Source of the DNA: Coniocarpon cinnabarinum
Lineage: Eukaryota
DNA: 64,000 nt
Reading direction: 5' to 3'
Assembly (NCBI GenBank): GCA_051942205.1
Contig: JAVECO010000046.1
Span: 62,001 to 126,000, forward strand
Shown here one piece after another: positions 11,496-22,569 of this stretch. Position 1 is the first letter of the stretch. Every line of letters starts with the position of its first letter. The translations under genes and the position numbers were made by a program. The notes below the pieces were generated by a model that was given only the letters and a program-made list of their open reading frames with translations, made no database searches and was not told where the DNA came from.

Positions 11496-12192
11496 TGAAG
11501 TGCCTTTGGTCAGATTTGTCCAGCACAAACGGTACTTGCAAAGTTGGAGAATTGAGCTATCATATAATGCCTGAGGTTTCAGGCATTATGGTCGCCTTGA
11601 TATCCATATGAAATCAGATGGTTTTTTTTATTTACTGAATTCGCTTTTACATCGCAGTGCGTTCTCTGCTGATGTATTTATTGAAAATGAATAATGCCGC
11701 AAAGCCCAAGGCGTTCCGAACGAGCTTAGCGTTCTTGCAATACCTCCAACACTGGGATCAGCGATTTTTTCGAGGCGCCAACACGTGTATAAAGCTCTGT
11801 CGACGTTGATCTAGTGTCTCACGCCCTCAGTACCGAAACAAAGGGCTCGGTAGGAGGATGAGTCCATGGAGTTCGCCGTCAAAGACCGCATCAAGGCGAA
11901 CATAACCGCAGAGTCACCCCGAAAAGACTTTTGAAAGAAGATAGGCTTTCTGCAAACTAAAGGTAGTTATGAAAGGGTGCGAGGTGGGTAAAAGCGAAAT
12001 CAGCTTTGGTATGTGTGAGAAGTACTGGGACCGGGTTCTCGGGCCAACCAGTCGCCCCAAGAGTGAGATATTAGTACAGATAAAGCAACGTTAATGCCTA
12101 GACAATGCTACTCTAGGATTTATCTCTCATTCGTCTAATCATACAAAGCAAGCTTTAGGAAACCTCTCCCCTCTTCAAACCCATAAAAAGGT

Positions 12193-12885
12193 TCACGCCA
12201 TCGGAAGTTGCAGACCAGTCTCTGCTAAATGCCCAGCCATTAGCGCTTGCTGACCGTACCTCTTGGCCCTTTTCCGGTCCGATGGATCGCATTGTAGCGT
12301 AGCTATCAAGTACCAAAACGCCTTCCCAAATCTTGAAGGGTGAGCGACGTCCTGGCGGCCATTCATGCCTGGACGACACCGCGGACCTGAATCCTTATCC
12401 TCACCCTCTGGCAACCTACGCTTGTCCAAGAGGAATGTCTCTGCATGGACTTCCTTGGGTTTGCTAAGAGGATTCTCTTTTGTCTCAACTGTGCACGCCG
12501 CCACCTGGAACTCATGGTGGTTTTCATTCACGTACTTTATGAGCTTCTTCTCATCACTGCCGTCAAGAAATACCACTACGCCTTCAACCCTGTCATTCTC
12601 ATGATCTTCGTCCAGCATCGCCTCGTCACTACCGTAAGGCTTCGTTCGGTATCCACGTAGTTCGGCCTTATGCGTCTGAGGTGCCTTTGTGGCGCTCAAG
12701 ACTGATGCAAGATGGATTGGATCTTTCAGAGAGCCATAGAAGAAGTGGTTTTGGCCATAGGGGCCATTTCTTGGTTTTGGATTGGTAGCCTCCAAGTGGC
12801 GGGCCAGCCTTTCTTGCCAAACAGACTCTGTCATCTGTGAGAGGGAGATGTCATATCCGTAGAGCTGCTTTTGTTCTTGCGCCAT
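12193..12885 (-). CDS. AIG2-like / gamma-glutamylcyclotransferase-fold protein
   Basis: HFFYGSLKDP motif followed by AELRGY...VEGVVVF, typical of the GGCT/AIG2 family. Confidence 0.7.
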   Translation of the reverse strand: MAQEQKQLYGYDISLSQMTESVWQERLARHLEATNPKPRNGPYGQNHFFYGSLKDPIHLASVLSATKAPQTHKAELRGYRTKPYGSDEAMLDEDHENDRVEGVVVFLDGSDEKKLIKYVNENHHEFQVAACTVETKENPLSKPKEVHAETFLLDKRRLPEGEDKDSGPRCRPGMNGRQDVAHPSRFGKAFWYLIATLQCDPSDRKRAKRYGQQALMAGHLAETGLQLPMA

Positions 12886-13362
12886 AGTGCAAGAGTCCAG
12901 CGACGAGTTGCAGAGAAAGAGAGTGCGATTCACAGAGAGTCTTGACCAAGAAAAGCCAAAACTGTAGGGCTATCCCGGGATGCATACAGAAGGAGCAGGA
13001 TGGGAAGGTAGAAATAGATCAAGAGCTTGATGAGCGATTGAATCTGAGAGGCTTTATGGGTACAGGCGAGGCTGCATTTCGACTTGTGATGTTGCGGCGT
13101 AGCAAGTGCGGCGTAGCAGGCACACCAGGTACGTCAGAAAACGTGACTCAAGCAATCACGCTTTAATAGCTAATAGTTTCTCTCAGCCTTCTTCTAGTCG
13201 ATAAAGCTATGCAAAGTCATCATTCGTGAAGCGAGCTTCCTCTAAAGCCTGTCTACATACACAATTCTATAACCCTTAGCGAGAACCTAAAGAAAAGAAG
13301 AGGGAGACGGACTTCTATTGCCCTTCTGCGCATGGACAGGACAGCTAGGATCGTTCCTCAGG

Positions 13363-13712
13363 TCATTCCAATAGGAAAGTCTCTGCCTGCACTTCGTGGG
13401 AGGTCTGCCCCTTCAGCTTCTTCCTCGTCACAACCGTACATCGCTGGAGTTCGAACTCAGAATGCTTCTCAGCCATCTCTCTTACAACTTCCACTCGTGT
13501 TCCCGGTCCATGAATGCAATAGACCCTTTACCTTTCTCACCTTCATCACCTTCGTCTATCAGTGCTTTGTCATCGCCGTAGGACTTTGATTGAAAGCCGT
13601 ATAGCCCGGCTTCATCCAGAGCAGGAGCTTTATCTGTGCCGAGAGCAGAAGCAAGGTTATTCGCGTCTGTAAGCGATCCGTAGAAGAAGTAGTCCTGGCC
13701 TTTATCACCATT
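13363..13712 (-). pseudogene. Tandem pseudogenised paralog of the adjacent AIG2/GGCT-like gene
   Basis: Reads NGDKGQDYFFYGSLTDANNLASALGTDKAPALDEAGLYGFQSKSYGDDKALIDEGDEGEKGKGSIAFMDREHEWKL*, then shifted frames give HSEFELQRCTVVT and HEVQAETFLLE*. Colinear with 12193..12885; there is an in-frame TAA just upstream. Confidence 0.85.
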
Positions 13713-15040
13713 TTACTGGCTGTCGAGTTGCTCACCCGTCCAGAATGAAGATGGTACGTGTGCGAAGGAGGCGGCGTAGCCTGTAAGCTGGTATTTTGAT
13801 TGAGATATTCGCAACTCGGTTCTGTTGTGTACTTGCAGGGGGACTGTATCAGAGTATGCAATGAAGAGTGCGTGGGGCTTGAGTATCTTCTAGAAGCTTG
13901 AAGCTGGTAGACAATCCTTGGCTGCTTCGTGAGAATGGACGCGACGGATGAGCAGCGTACGAGATATGGTGGGACGGAGCTTGAGCTGCGGCGTAGCACA
14001 TGTGAGCAGCAGGCAACGAGCTGCCTTGCAATGACAGGGGTGTCACATGTCGACGTATATACTCATCTCGCTATCTGTGCAGTAATGCATGCCTTTGAAG
14101 TCCGTTCCGAGAGTGTCGAGACCACTGGCATAGAATTCGAGAAGATAAGCGAGCGAGGCTCTTGAGCAGGAAATTTGCTCTCAAAGACACTATTGGAATA
14201 GAGATGCAGTAGGCTCGGATCAATGTACGAAAATTCGCCTAACACTTACCTGCATTCACGCATACCGTGTGGCTCAGCTTTTTCGCATTTTGACGTCGAT
14301 GTACAGTGGTTTTCATGCCCGCGCCAGAAACACAAGATGACTGATACACTCGTTTCGATTCTCCAGTGCATTCAGGTCGAAAGCAAACAGCAAATGGCAT
14401 ATGGTGAGATGACTCTTGGCTTCACCCAGCCCGTGTACACAGATTAGCGACATGAACTACGTGGCGGTGGTGGTTTATCACCTTTGCCCAATGCAACTCG
14501 AGTTACCATACGAGAACGACTACACCACTCCGAGACGACCTTTGAGATACAGAGACGGTCGCACATTCAAATGTAGCCAGCGTTCTTGAATAGACTCGGG
14601 AGCATTGTAGAAATAGAGAGGGTAGTGGTTGATAGCCCATGATTGATGCCGACAAAAGTCTGTGCAGTCTTTGGTAACGCCCATATCGATAAATGCTAGG
14701 TGGACCACTCGCACCCCACATGCATTCGGCGTTCAGTAATGGGAATATTTTGATGTTGAAGACACTCGCAAATTGAATGTGCACGCAATCACGAGACCAG
14801 ATCGCAGAACTCTCATTTGGTGAACTTGCAAGACCAATGATCATAGTGAGAGCGCGCAATACTTTTCGGCACATGATTGAACGTGTCCGTGTTTCATTGT
14901 TTAGCTTTTCCATGAGGCGCCCTAGTTAACGCCCCTTCACGCTGCACAATGGTGCAACGACGGGTACGCTGACCGTTGAAAAGATGCGCTACCAAATTCC
15001 GTCTCACGCATTCCTTTCACAAATTCATTTCGCCTCCGAT

Positions 15041-16120
15041 CTAAAACAATACGTGGGCACGTATCAGATACTCAGCAACAATACCACTAAGAAAGGCAGC
15101 ACCAAGATACTTGGTACCGTGTCCAAACCACCATAGACAGCTGCCTGGATTCTCCAGGTCGATTTGTGTGATTTGCACGGCCAGCATTGCTGACGTGATC
15201 AAGACCGTCGTCATATAGTAGCCTATGCCATAGTTTGCTGTAATTCCGACGCTGATGAGTAGTGATATGAAAAGGAATGATAGAATGGCTAGAACAAGCT
15301 TGGCGTGATCCCGAATGGAAAGTGTAATTGTGCGTACACCGGCTGCCGCATCGTCGGCAATGTCGGCGAAGCTGTATATTGTCTCATACAACGTTGCCCA
15401 AACAATGTTCGCCACAAACATCAAGACAAGGGGGATTTCCTCCGGCTCGATGCTGAAAGAGTAGCATCTGAGCCAGTTGGTCGAACGCTGTTCGCACGTT
15501 TTCGAAATGAACGGCGACACGTCGAAGCGAGCGCCGCCTATGAGGCACGCAGGTGCAACCAGTAAGCCAAAAAAGAGCTGTGGAAAGTCCGTGAAGCGCT
15601 TTGAGAACGGATAGGTGACTGCCATGATTGCTACAGGCACAGAGTAGAGGCGAAACCTCAAAGGCGACACGGATAAGATACTGATAAGTAATGCAACCAG
15701 TAGTGCGAGGAACAAGGATGCTTGGAAACGAGAGAGTGCGCCTCTGGCAATCGGGCGGTGCTGCGTTCTTCTCACTCTCTTGTCAAAATTTGCATCAGCG
15801 ATGTCGTTCCAGGCGAAATTGATGTATCTGACAGGAATAAAAGCCATAACCATTGGTGTCATTTTGAGTGCAAACTCTCCTGGAGAAGTTCGTGAGTAGA
15901 CTGCGGCAAGTAACGCCCCTGAAAACACGTGGATTTGAACAATTGCAAAGCCAGGCTTGTCTATTCGAATAAGTTCGGCATAAGGAACCAAAGAAACCGG
16001 GATCCACGAAAGAAGACCTTGTGTTGGTGTGGTATACTTTGCTGGAATTTGCGAACGAATGTGATCGCAAGATACAGACCGAGATTTTGTGGTATTTTTC
16101 ATGACTGCACCGATCGTCAT
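15041..16120 (-). CDS. UbiA-family aromatic prenyltransferase (COQ2-like / meroterpenoid-type), intronless
   Basis: PYAELIRIDKP, Asp-rich motif I NDIADANFDKRVRRTQHRPIARG, YPFSKRFTDFPQ, motif II YETIYSFADIADD; multiple hydrophobic helices. Confidence 0.9.
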   Translation of the reverse strand: MTIGAVMKNTTKSRSVSCDHIRSQIPAKYTTPTQGLLSWIPVSLVPYAELIRIDKPGFAIVQIHVFSGALLAAVYSRTSPGEFALKMTPMVMAFIPVRYINFAWNDIADANFDKRVRRTQHRPIARGALSRFQASLFLALLVALLISILSVSPLRFRLYSVPVAIMAVTYPFSKRFTDFPQLFFGLLVAPACLIGGARFDVSPFISKTCEQRSTNWLRCYSFSIEPEEIPLVLMFVANIVWATLYETIYSFADIADDAAAGVRTITLSIRDHAKLVLAILSFLFISLLISVGITANYGIGYYMTTVLITSAMLAVQITQIDLENPGSCLWWFGHGTKYLGAAFLSGIVAEYLIRAHVLF

Positions 16121-17689
16121 GCAAATGAAAATAAACCGATCACTGTGAATAATTCAGAGGGACCAGCGACGCTTTTGTAGCTTCGGTGACAACCTGACAC
16201 AAACTCAAACAGCCAACGGGGTGTAAAATAGTCAAGTAATCTGCCGAGACCTGCAAAGATATCGTGCCTGGTCACGTCATCATTATAGGGTACAAACCTC
16301 GCAGTAAGAGGTCGTCTCTCGAAGTGAGCGACCTGCAAGGCGCAGGCAGGAAGCTTGGTATGAGCGGCTGTATCGAAAAGGGGTCAGATGAGTTCCTGTG
16401 GTCTAAGAGAGATGCGGTTGTGCCAAAGCCCAGGCAAGTTTCGTTGTCAGAGACACGTGATACCTTGAAGATTACACCACAACATCTGTGCATCCTGAGT
16501 ACTATATGTACTTGTTAGAGGTGTCGTAATCAAGAAGAGTCCGCCACTTTGTGCAAGACATCCATCAATTGGATAGTGGCCGCGGTGTGTCTGACACTCG
16601 GTATGAGATCCACATAGCTGGTTGCTATACGGAACCGGACACGCGTAAGATTGATAATGCAACTGCCGAACTGAGCGCTACTCAAGTGAAAACGGCAAAG
16701 CGATTTTCCTCTCTGATCGTACCAAAGACGGTGTGGCCGCACAGCCTGCACATTCTCGGACCAGAGGACCCCATGCAAGCCAAGCGATCAAAGCGGCTTG
16801 ATGGATCACGAGACTACCCGAACGTCTGGGTAATGTGGTACATTGCGACCATCATTGGTGTATTATCGCCAAAATAGGGCGGCCATTCCTGTGTGAGAGG
16901 ATCAGAAGTGGATGTGATGACCGCGAGCTGGTCTCACGGCACATGCGGTGTCACCAGTGTCTCCCGCAGGTGAAGAGGAACGTCCCGTCGAAAGTTAGTC
17001 CGGGTTAGGTGCTTGTCTCGGCAGGCGCAGCCCAGGCAAAACGGGACAGACGCCCATGGTCAATGGCGCAACAATATCCACGCTTTGAGAAAGAGGTGAC
17101 AGGCGCTACGCATCAAAGTAGATGAGTCGTCAATGTAGCTGTCTGCGATGGAAAACTTCTTCTGGTTGGCTCAATGCCCGCTGTTGCTCGATGTATTTGC
17201 TCCCACATGCTCATTGGGCGTTGAGAAAAGGACGTCGGCGACAAGGACCGCACGAGCCATGCGTGGTCTGCAAGTGATCGGTGTAGACGAGCGGACAAAG
17301 AGCTGAGGTGGCGACATGCAGCCACTCAGGCGCCTTGCCGATCCGTCACACCACTGAATGCGATTCATAATAGAAAGATAGCCCTAGAGGTGGTTCGTGG
17401 AAGCAAGTGACATCCAATGACATCGATGTCAGCTGCTTGTGCTACAACATTCAAGTGAAAACACGCATCATCTGCAGCACCACAGCGGCGGCGATCCACG
17501 CAGCTCCTCGGTGGTGACTGACCTATCTATGTCTGCCCTCAAAATCTTGTCGTTTGCCTGAATCTCTTTCACTGCGCACTTTGTCAGCTGTTGCGTTGAG
17601 TCTCGACAGCCGTGCCACGGTTGCACAATCTCGACTTGAGCCAACTTTCGCATTCGCCCTGGCACATATCGTCGACAGACGCTTTCACC

Positions 17690-18160
17690 ATGAGCGATCA
17701 CGATCATCTGTTGGAGGCTATGGACTCTCTGAGAGGAAAGTCTTTTGGTGACGACCACGTCAAGCGCATAAAAACCCTCGACAATGTGCGTGTGCTGTGC
17801 TCCCGACTGTAGACATACTGGGAGGCCTTGACACGGGTTATATGGCTTAACGTGCGTTAATGCGTCTTCTAAACGCGGATGCATCTTTATTGACGTGCTG
17901 AAAGCCACGGACGAGCGTCGCAATCAAGCTGTGCTCCGATCCTGATGTCTTTTCTCGTCTGAAACGCGACGGACCAGCAAGGTCGAGCGGCGATCTAGCC
18001 AAATCAACTGGGGCAGATCCATCGCGGTTAGGGCGTTTGTCACGTCTCCTTACCTCGTGCCATATTGTGAATCAAGTCGACGCAGACAAATTTACCGCAA
18101 CGCAGTTCTCAGAATCAATGACCAAGCCCGGGTACAAAGGCGGCATAGCCAGTCTCTTTA
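17690..18160 (+). pseudogene. Truncated fungal O-methyltransferase (N-terminal dimerisation/wHTH part only)
   Basis: MSDHDHLLEAMDSL...VRVLCSRL*TYWEALTRVIWLN with an in-frame TAG at 17810. Intron 17852-17904, then PRTSVAIKLCSDPDVFSRLKRDGPARSSGDLAKSTGADPSRLGRLSRLLTSCHIVNQVDADKFTATQFSESM. No SAM-binding VDxGGG motif is seen downstream. Confidence 0.75.
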
Positions 18161-19032
18161 CGTCCGCTGCAATGGCGGTAATAGCGGTATATGCATGTCC
18201 TTAAGACGTCCGTGATGAAAACCCTAAACATTCTATAGGGCTTATTTTACGGCGTTATTTACAACAACGTTGTTGAGGTGTCTCTTTAACCAATGGTATT
18301 ATACTTTTCAGAGCTTGCCTCATCATAAGATGTTGACACTGAACTCATGGACTTACTTAGAGCACGTCGTGGACCTGAAATTCCAGACAATGTGAGTGAC
18401 ACGCTTTGTCGACATGCATCTGGTGACTGGTCGTGCTTCAGACTTCAAGTTCACGTTGTCACCATCGCCTGCTGCATGCCTGCCATGCTACCATTCGGCA
18501 AGTTCGTGAAATCAGGAAGCTTGACGCCTTGTTAAAAAGCCAGGTCGTCGTTAACGAAGCTTGCAGGGTCCACAAAGCTAAGTAGTGCATCAAAGAGCAT
18601 AGACGACTTATTCCTCGTGCCGGGGCCGCTGGCGAGGATTTTAGTTTGCAGCAATATCTGTGTTGCCAGGTCCACGGCACTCAAACGAAGGGATGGCCAA
18701 CAGAGGCCAGGCATATCCTGGCCGCTGAAACTTCTCGCCGGTTCAATAATGCTATTAGCGGCTGAATCTCGATTCATGACACCAAGGTGATATCCGGAAA
18801 CATTGCCAAATACTCAGACAGTTCAGGTCTTCCGCTGCGATACTGTTCTGTTAAGCGAGTCAGTGAGCTCCGGGCAGGGTCAGAGCTCGGCACCTCCCGC
18901 TGACCAAGCAAATGACGTCGATAGTTCAGATTGCGGCGCTGCGACGGCATGCATCTCGAAAATCAATGCAGGTGCGATCACGTCGAGTCGGCCAAGCGGT
19001 ACCAGGTCCAGTGATTAGCTCTAGGTTGCGAA

Positions 19033-20509
19033 ATGACTGTCGCACCCCAGCCTGCTTTGCCCGAGCCTGCGCACCCAGGAGTCGATTCAATGCTGTCGCG
19101 CAAGTTTGGGAAGGAGGTTGCAAACTACTTCTCCGGTGTGTGAGCCAAACAGCGGAGGTGCAAAACATACCTATCCGACCCTGTTCATCCGCAGCGAAAG
19201 CAGCTAATGCGTCACGACGCGAGACTGACGTTCGCCAGGCTCCCCTCTTAATCGCGTGTCTTTCCTGCGCAGTGACCACATCTTCCTTTCGCAAGCGCTG
19301 CACCACCCAACCACCTCGTTTCTCCTGTTCAATGACCTTAAGCCATTGACAAAGAGCGCGAGTGCTTTGCAGTTCGTCAAGTTTCAAGATGTCCAGCCTC
19401 TCATTGGCGACAATCCTTTCTCCAAGACAGAAGACCAAATGATAGAGGAGTACAACTCGACGGCGACGAACCCTCAAATGGTTTTCTTGGGGCTAGACGA
19501 GAAGGTCAAAGAGGGGCTTGTTTACAAGGACGCATACCATGGAGCACCCATGTGGGCTGTGGACGTGACGCCAATTGGCTCTCACGCGGATAGAGCGAAG
19601 ATTTTGGTGGAGGAGCTGCAAAGTCGTGGATTGACGTTCCTCGAAGGGCGCATCATCTTGTCTTTGCCCGCACCAGAAGCTGCAGTCTATGCGCAGTCGC
19701 GTGCCTTACTAGATTGGAACGCGAGGAACCCTTTTTGTGCCGCATGTGGCCAGCCGACGCTGTCCGTAAACGCGGGTGGCAAGCGAGTGTGCCCTCCCAA
19801 GGACTTTGGGCAAGTAAAAGGCTCGATCGGATCCACATCACCGGCGGTGCCGCTGGATCCCATAGAGAGGCCACCTTGTGCTACTCGAGGGAAGATCACC
19901 AATCTTTCCTTCCCCAGGACTGACCCAACAGTGATCATGGCAGTCGTGTCAAGTGATGGCCAGAAAGTCCTGCTTGGGAGGCAGAATCGTTTTCCGCCGT
20001 ATTGGTACAGTGCTCTGGCTGGCTTTATTGAGCCAGCTGAAAGCATAGAAGAAGCGGTGAGGAGAGAGGTGTACGAGGAGTCTGGAGTCACCTGTGGCCG
20101 TGTTGTGATACACAGCTCACAGCCATGGCCCTATCCCGCCAATCTGATGGTCAGTGTGTTGATCTCGTACTCTTGGCTACAAGCTGACGCGTGCAGATCG
20201 GTGCGATTGCCCAGTCAATCCCGTCAGGTGAGACGATAGATCTCGGCAATGACCCGGAGTTAGAGAGTGCCAAATGGTTTCCCTTTGACGAGGTGCGTGA
20301 GGCCTTGCGGGTAGGCACTAGCGGCTTAGGTGAGCCGGCGGGGCCTGGGTATGAGGAGGGCAATCTTCGTCTACCCCCGGCAACGGCAGTAAGTCGCGTT
20401 GCTAAAGCTCAGGGCGCCGGGCAATCGGCTGACCAAACCACAGATTGCGAATCGTCTCGTTGCATCTCTAGTTGAGGATAATTTTCATGGGGGAGCACCA
20501 CGAATATGA
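19033..20509 (+). CDS. NPY1: NADH pyrophosphatase (Nudix, NudC family), 4 exons
   Basis: MLSRKFGKEVANYFSG|SPLNRVSFLR; FCAACG zinc knuckle; FPRTDP; Nudix box GFIEPAESIEEAVRREVYEESG; SQPWPYP. Three canonical introns; ends ...GGAPRI*. Confidence 0.93.
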
Positions 20510-20826
20510 AATGAAGCACTGAGTCATGAACAAACACATAGATTGCACATATCAACAGAGCGAATAAATCAATTGGTGACTGACTATCCATCATTAGTCG
20601 CTGAAGCTGCCCACACTTTGAACAAACTTAACTTACTCATAGGTACACTGCCTTTCCCCCGTATCTCATAATTCTGCTCTTATTGCACGTCTGTCGTGCG
20701 AAGCACAGCTGTTGCGAGGCCGATCATTTCAGAAACAGTACCACTTTGGTGCGTAGAGCGTGGCCGCTGCCATTGCTAATAGTGGGAAGCATCTGGTTCA
20801 AATACGTCTTGAGTCAATCGCATGGA

Positions 20827-22128
20827 TCATGACAGAAGATCAGCAACTGTAGCCAATGTCAGCAACGTAGGCAGAAGACTTCCGTAAGAGTTCCTACCAT
20901 TCATAGGCATCTCATCAATCTGCGTCGAATAGTAAAGTTCAATGTCGCGCAAGATGCGAACATCTTCACTTGTCACGAAATTGATGGCGACCCCCTTGCG
21001 GCCGAAACGCCCACTCCTTCCGATTCGATGAATGTAATTCTCACGGTTGATTGGTAAATCGTAGTTGATCACCAAGGACACTTGCTGCACATCAATGCCG
21101 CGTGCCCACACGTCTGTCGATATTAAGACACGGGAGTTGCCGTTGCGAAAGTCCTGCATGATACTGTCGCGTTCTTTTTGCGGCATCTCACCATGCATTG
21201 ATGAAACTGTGAAGTTGGCGTCGCGCATCTTGTCTGTTAGCCAATCCACTTTGCGCCTTGTGTTGCAGAATATGACTGCTTGTGTGATGGTGAGGGTGTC
21301 GTAGAGGTCGCAGAGTGTGTCAAACTTCCACTCTTCCTTTTCCACAGCAATGAAGTACTGCTTGAGACCTTCCAACGTCAACTCGTCACGCTTCACCAGG
21401 ATTCTCACAGGGTCGGTCATGAATTTGGTGGTCATATCAAGGACGTCGTAAGGCAGTGTAGCAGAGACAACGACTACTTGTGTTGCTGGGGGGAGGTATC
21501 GATAGACATCATAGATTTGCTCACGGAACCCACGATTTAAAAGCTCGTCCGCCTCGTCTAGCACCAGCATCTTAATATGGCGCGTCCGCAAGTTCCGTCG
21601 TCTGATCATGTCCGCGACTCTGCCGGGTGTACCGGACACAATGTGCTGTCCGTAGTCGAGCTTGCGAATGTCTTCGCCGACATTCGTACCTCCGATGCAT
21701 GCGTGACATTGCACGTTCATGTAGTCACCTAATGCCATGACCACTGACTGTATCTGAGTTGCAAGCTCGCGTGTCGGTGACAATACCAACGCTGCGAAGA
21801 CGTCAGTGAACTGACAAAATATAGGCCCTGCTTCTTTACCTTGTGTCTCCCGGACAGCAGTATCAATAACTTGGAGAATGCTAATCGAAAATGTTGCGGT
21901 TTTGCCCGTACCAGACTGCGCCTGTGCAATGGTGTCGCGGCCTTTGCAGATTTGTACGATAGCTCGTGACTGAACGGCGGAGGGTGATTCGTAGCCGTAG
22001 GCGTAGATGCCGCGCAGAAGATTTTCCTTCAGAGACATTTGCTCGAAAGTGGGCGCGACTGAGACCTCTTTAGAGGTACTGAACTCCATCTTCTCTTCCA
22101 TTCTGCGGTCAATGCCTCCGTCGGCCAT
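20827..22128 (-). CDS. FAL1: ATP-dependent RNA helicase eIF4A-III / FAL1
   Basis: [28 protein letters not shown], and the eIF4AIII-typical [15 protein letters not shown]. Two introns at 21792-21839 and 20847-20897. Confidence 0.97.
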   Translation of the reverse strand: MADGGIDRRMEEKMEFSTSKEVSVAPTFEQMSLKENLLRGIYAYGYESPSAVQSRAIVQICKGRDTIAQAQSGTGKTATFSISILQVIDTAVRETQGKEAGPIFCQFTDVFAALVLSPTRELATQIQSVVMALGDYMNVQCHACIGGTNVGEDIRKLDYGQHIVSGTPGRVADMIRRRNLRTRHIKMLVLDEADELLNRGFREQIYDVYRYLPPATQVVVVSATLPYDVLDMTTKFMTDPVRILVKRDELTLEGLKQYFIAVEKEEWKFDTLCDLYDTLTITQAVIFCNTRRKVDWLTDKMRDANFTVSSMHGEMPQKERDSIMQDFRNGNSRVLISTDVWARGIDVQQVSLVINYDLPINRENYIHRIGRSGRFGRKGVAINFVTSEDVRILRDIELYYSTQIDEMPMNGRNSYGSLLPTLLTLATVADLLS

Positions 22129-22569
22129 GACGGGCGACTCAACAGCTTGCTAGGCAGAATCAAGCCCAAAGCAACAATGTCAAATAATTGAAATGGTGTT
22201 CTCTCAATTTCACTGCAGAGGAAGCTTTGGTTTCAGCAAGAGCTGTATCTGCAATCTTGGCAGGGTTAGATGACTTGAGGATTGCTGTTCCATTGGGCTG
22301 GAGTCCGCGGTCTTGCGGGGTGAAGACAGTGGACATCAATCAGTGTAACAAACGGTGAGTTCGGTTTGCGTATGCAATGGCAGGCAATGCCGGACAAGAT
22401 CAGCGCAGGCGCCATTCAGTAATTAGTCTGTACTCTATATGTTTAATGGGTATATCGACAGGAATACAAAACATCATCCTTCCACATGCTTTCTCGCGTC
22501 GCTCATGCAAGATCGCTGCCCGAGCTTAGCGAGTAATACTCGACATCGTCAGCCGTAACCCTTGCAATA

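Noticed and set aside
14000..14950. Short ORFs flanking the UbiA gene as additional cluster genes
   Set aside because: No enzyme motif was recognisable in the frames I read, here or in 16150-17450; left unannotated.
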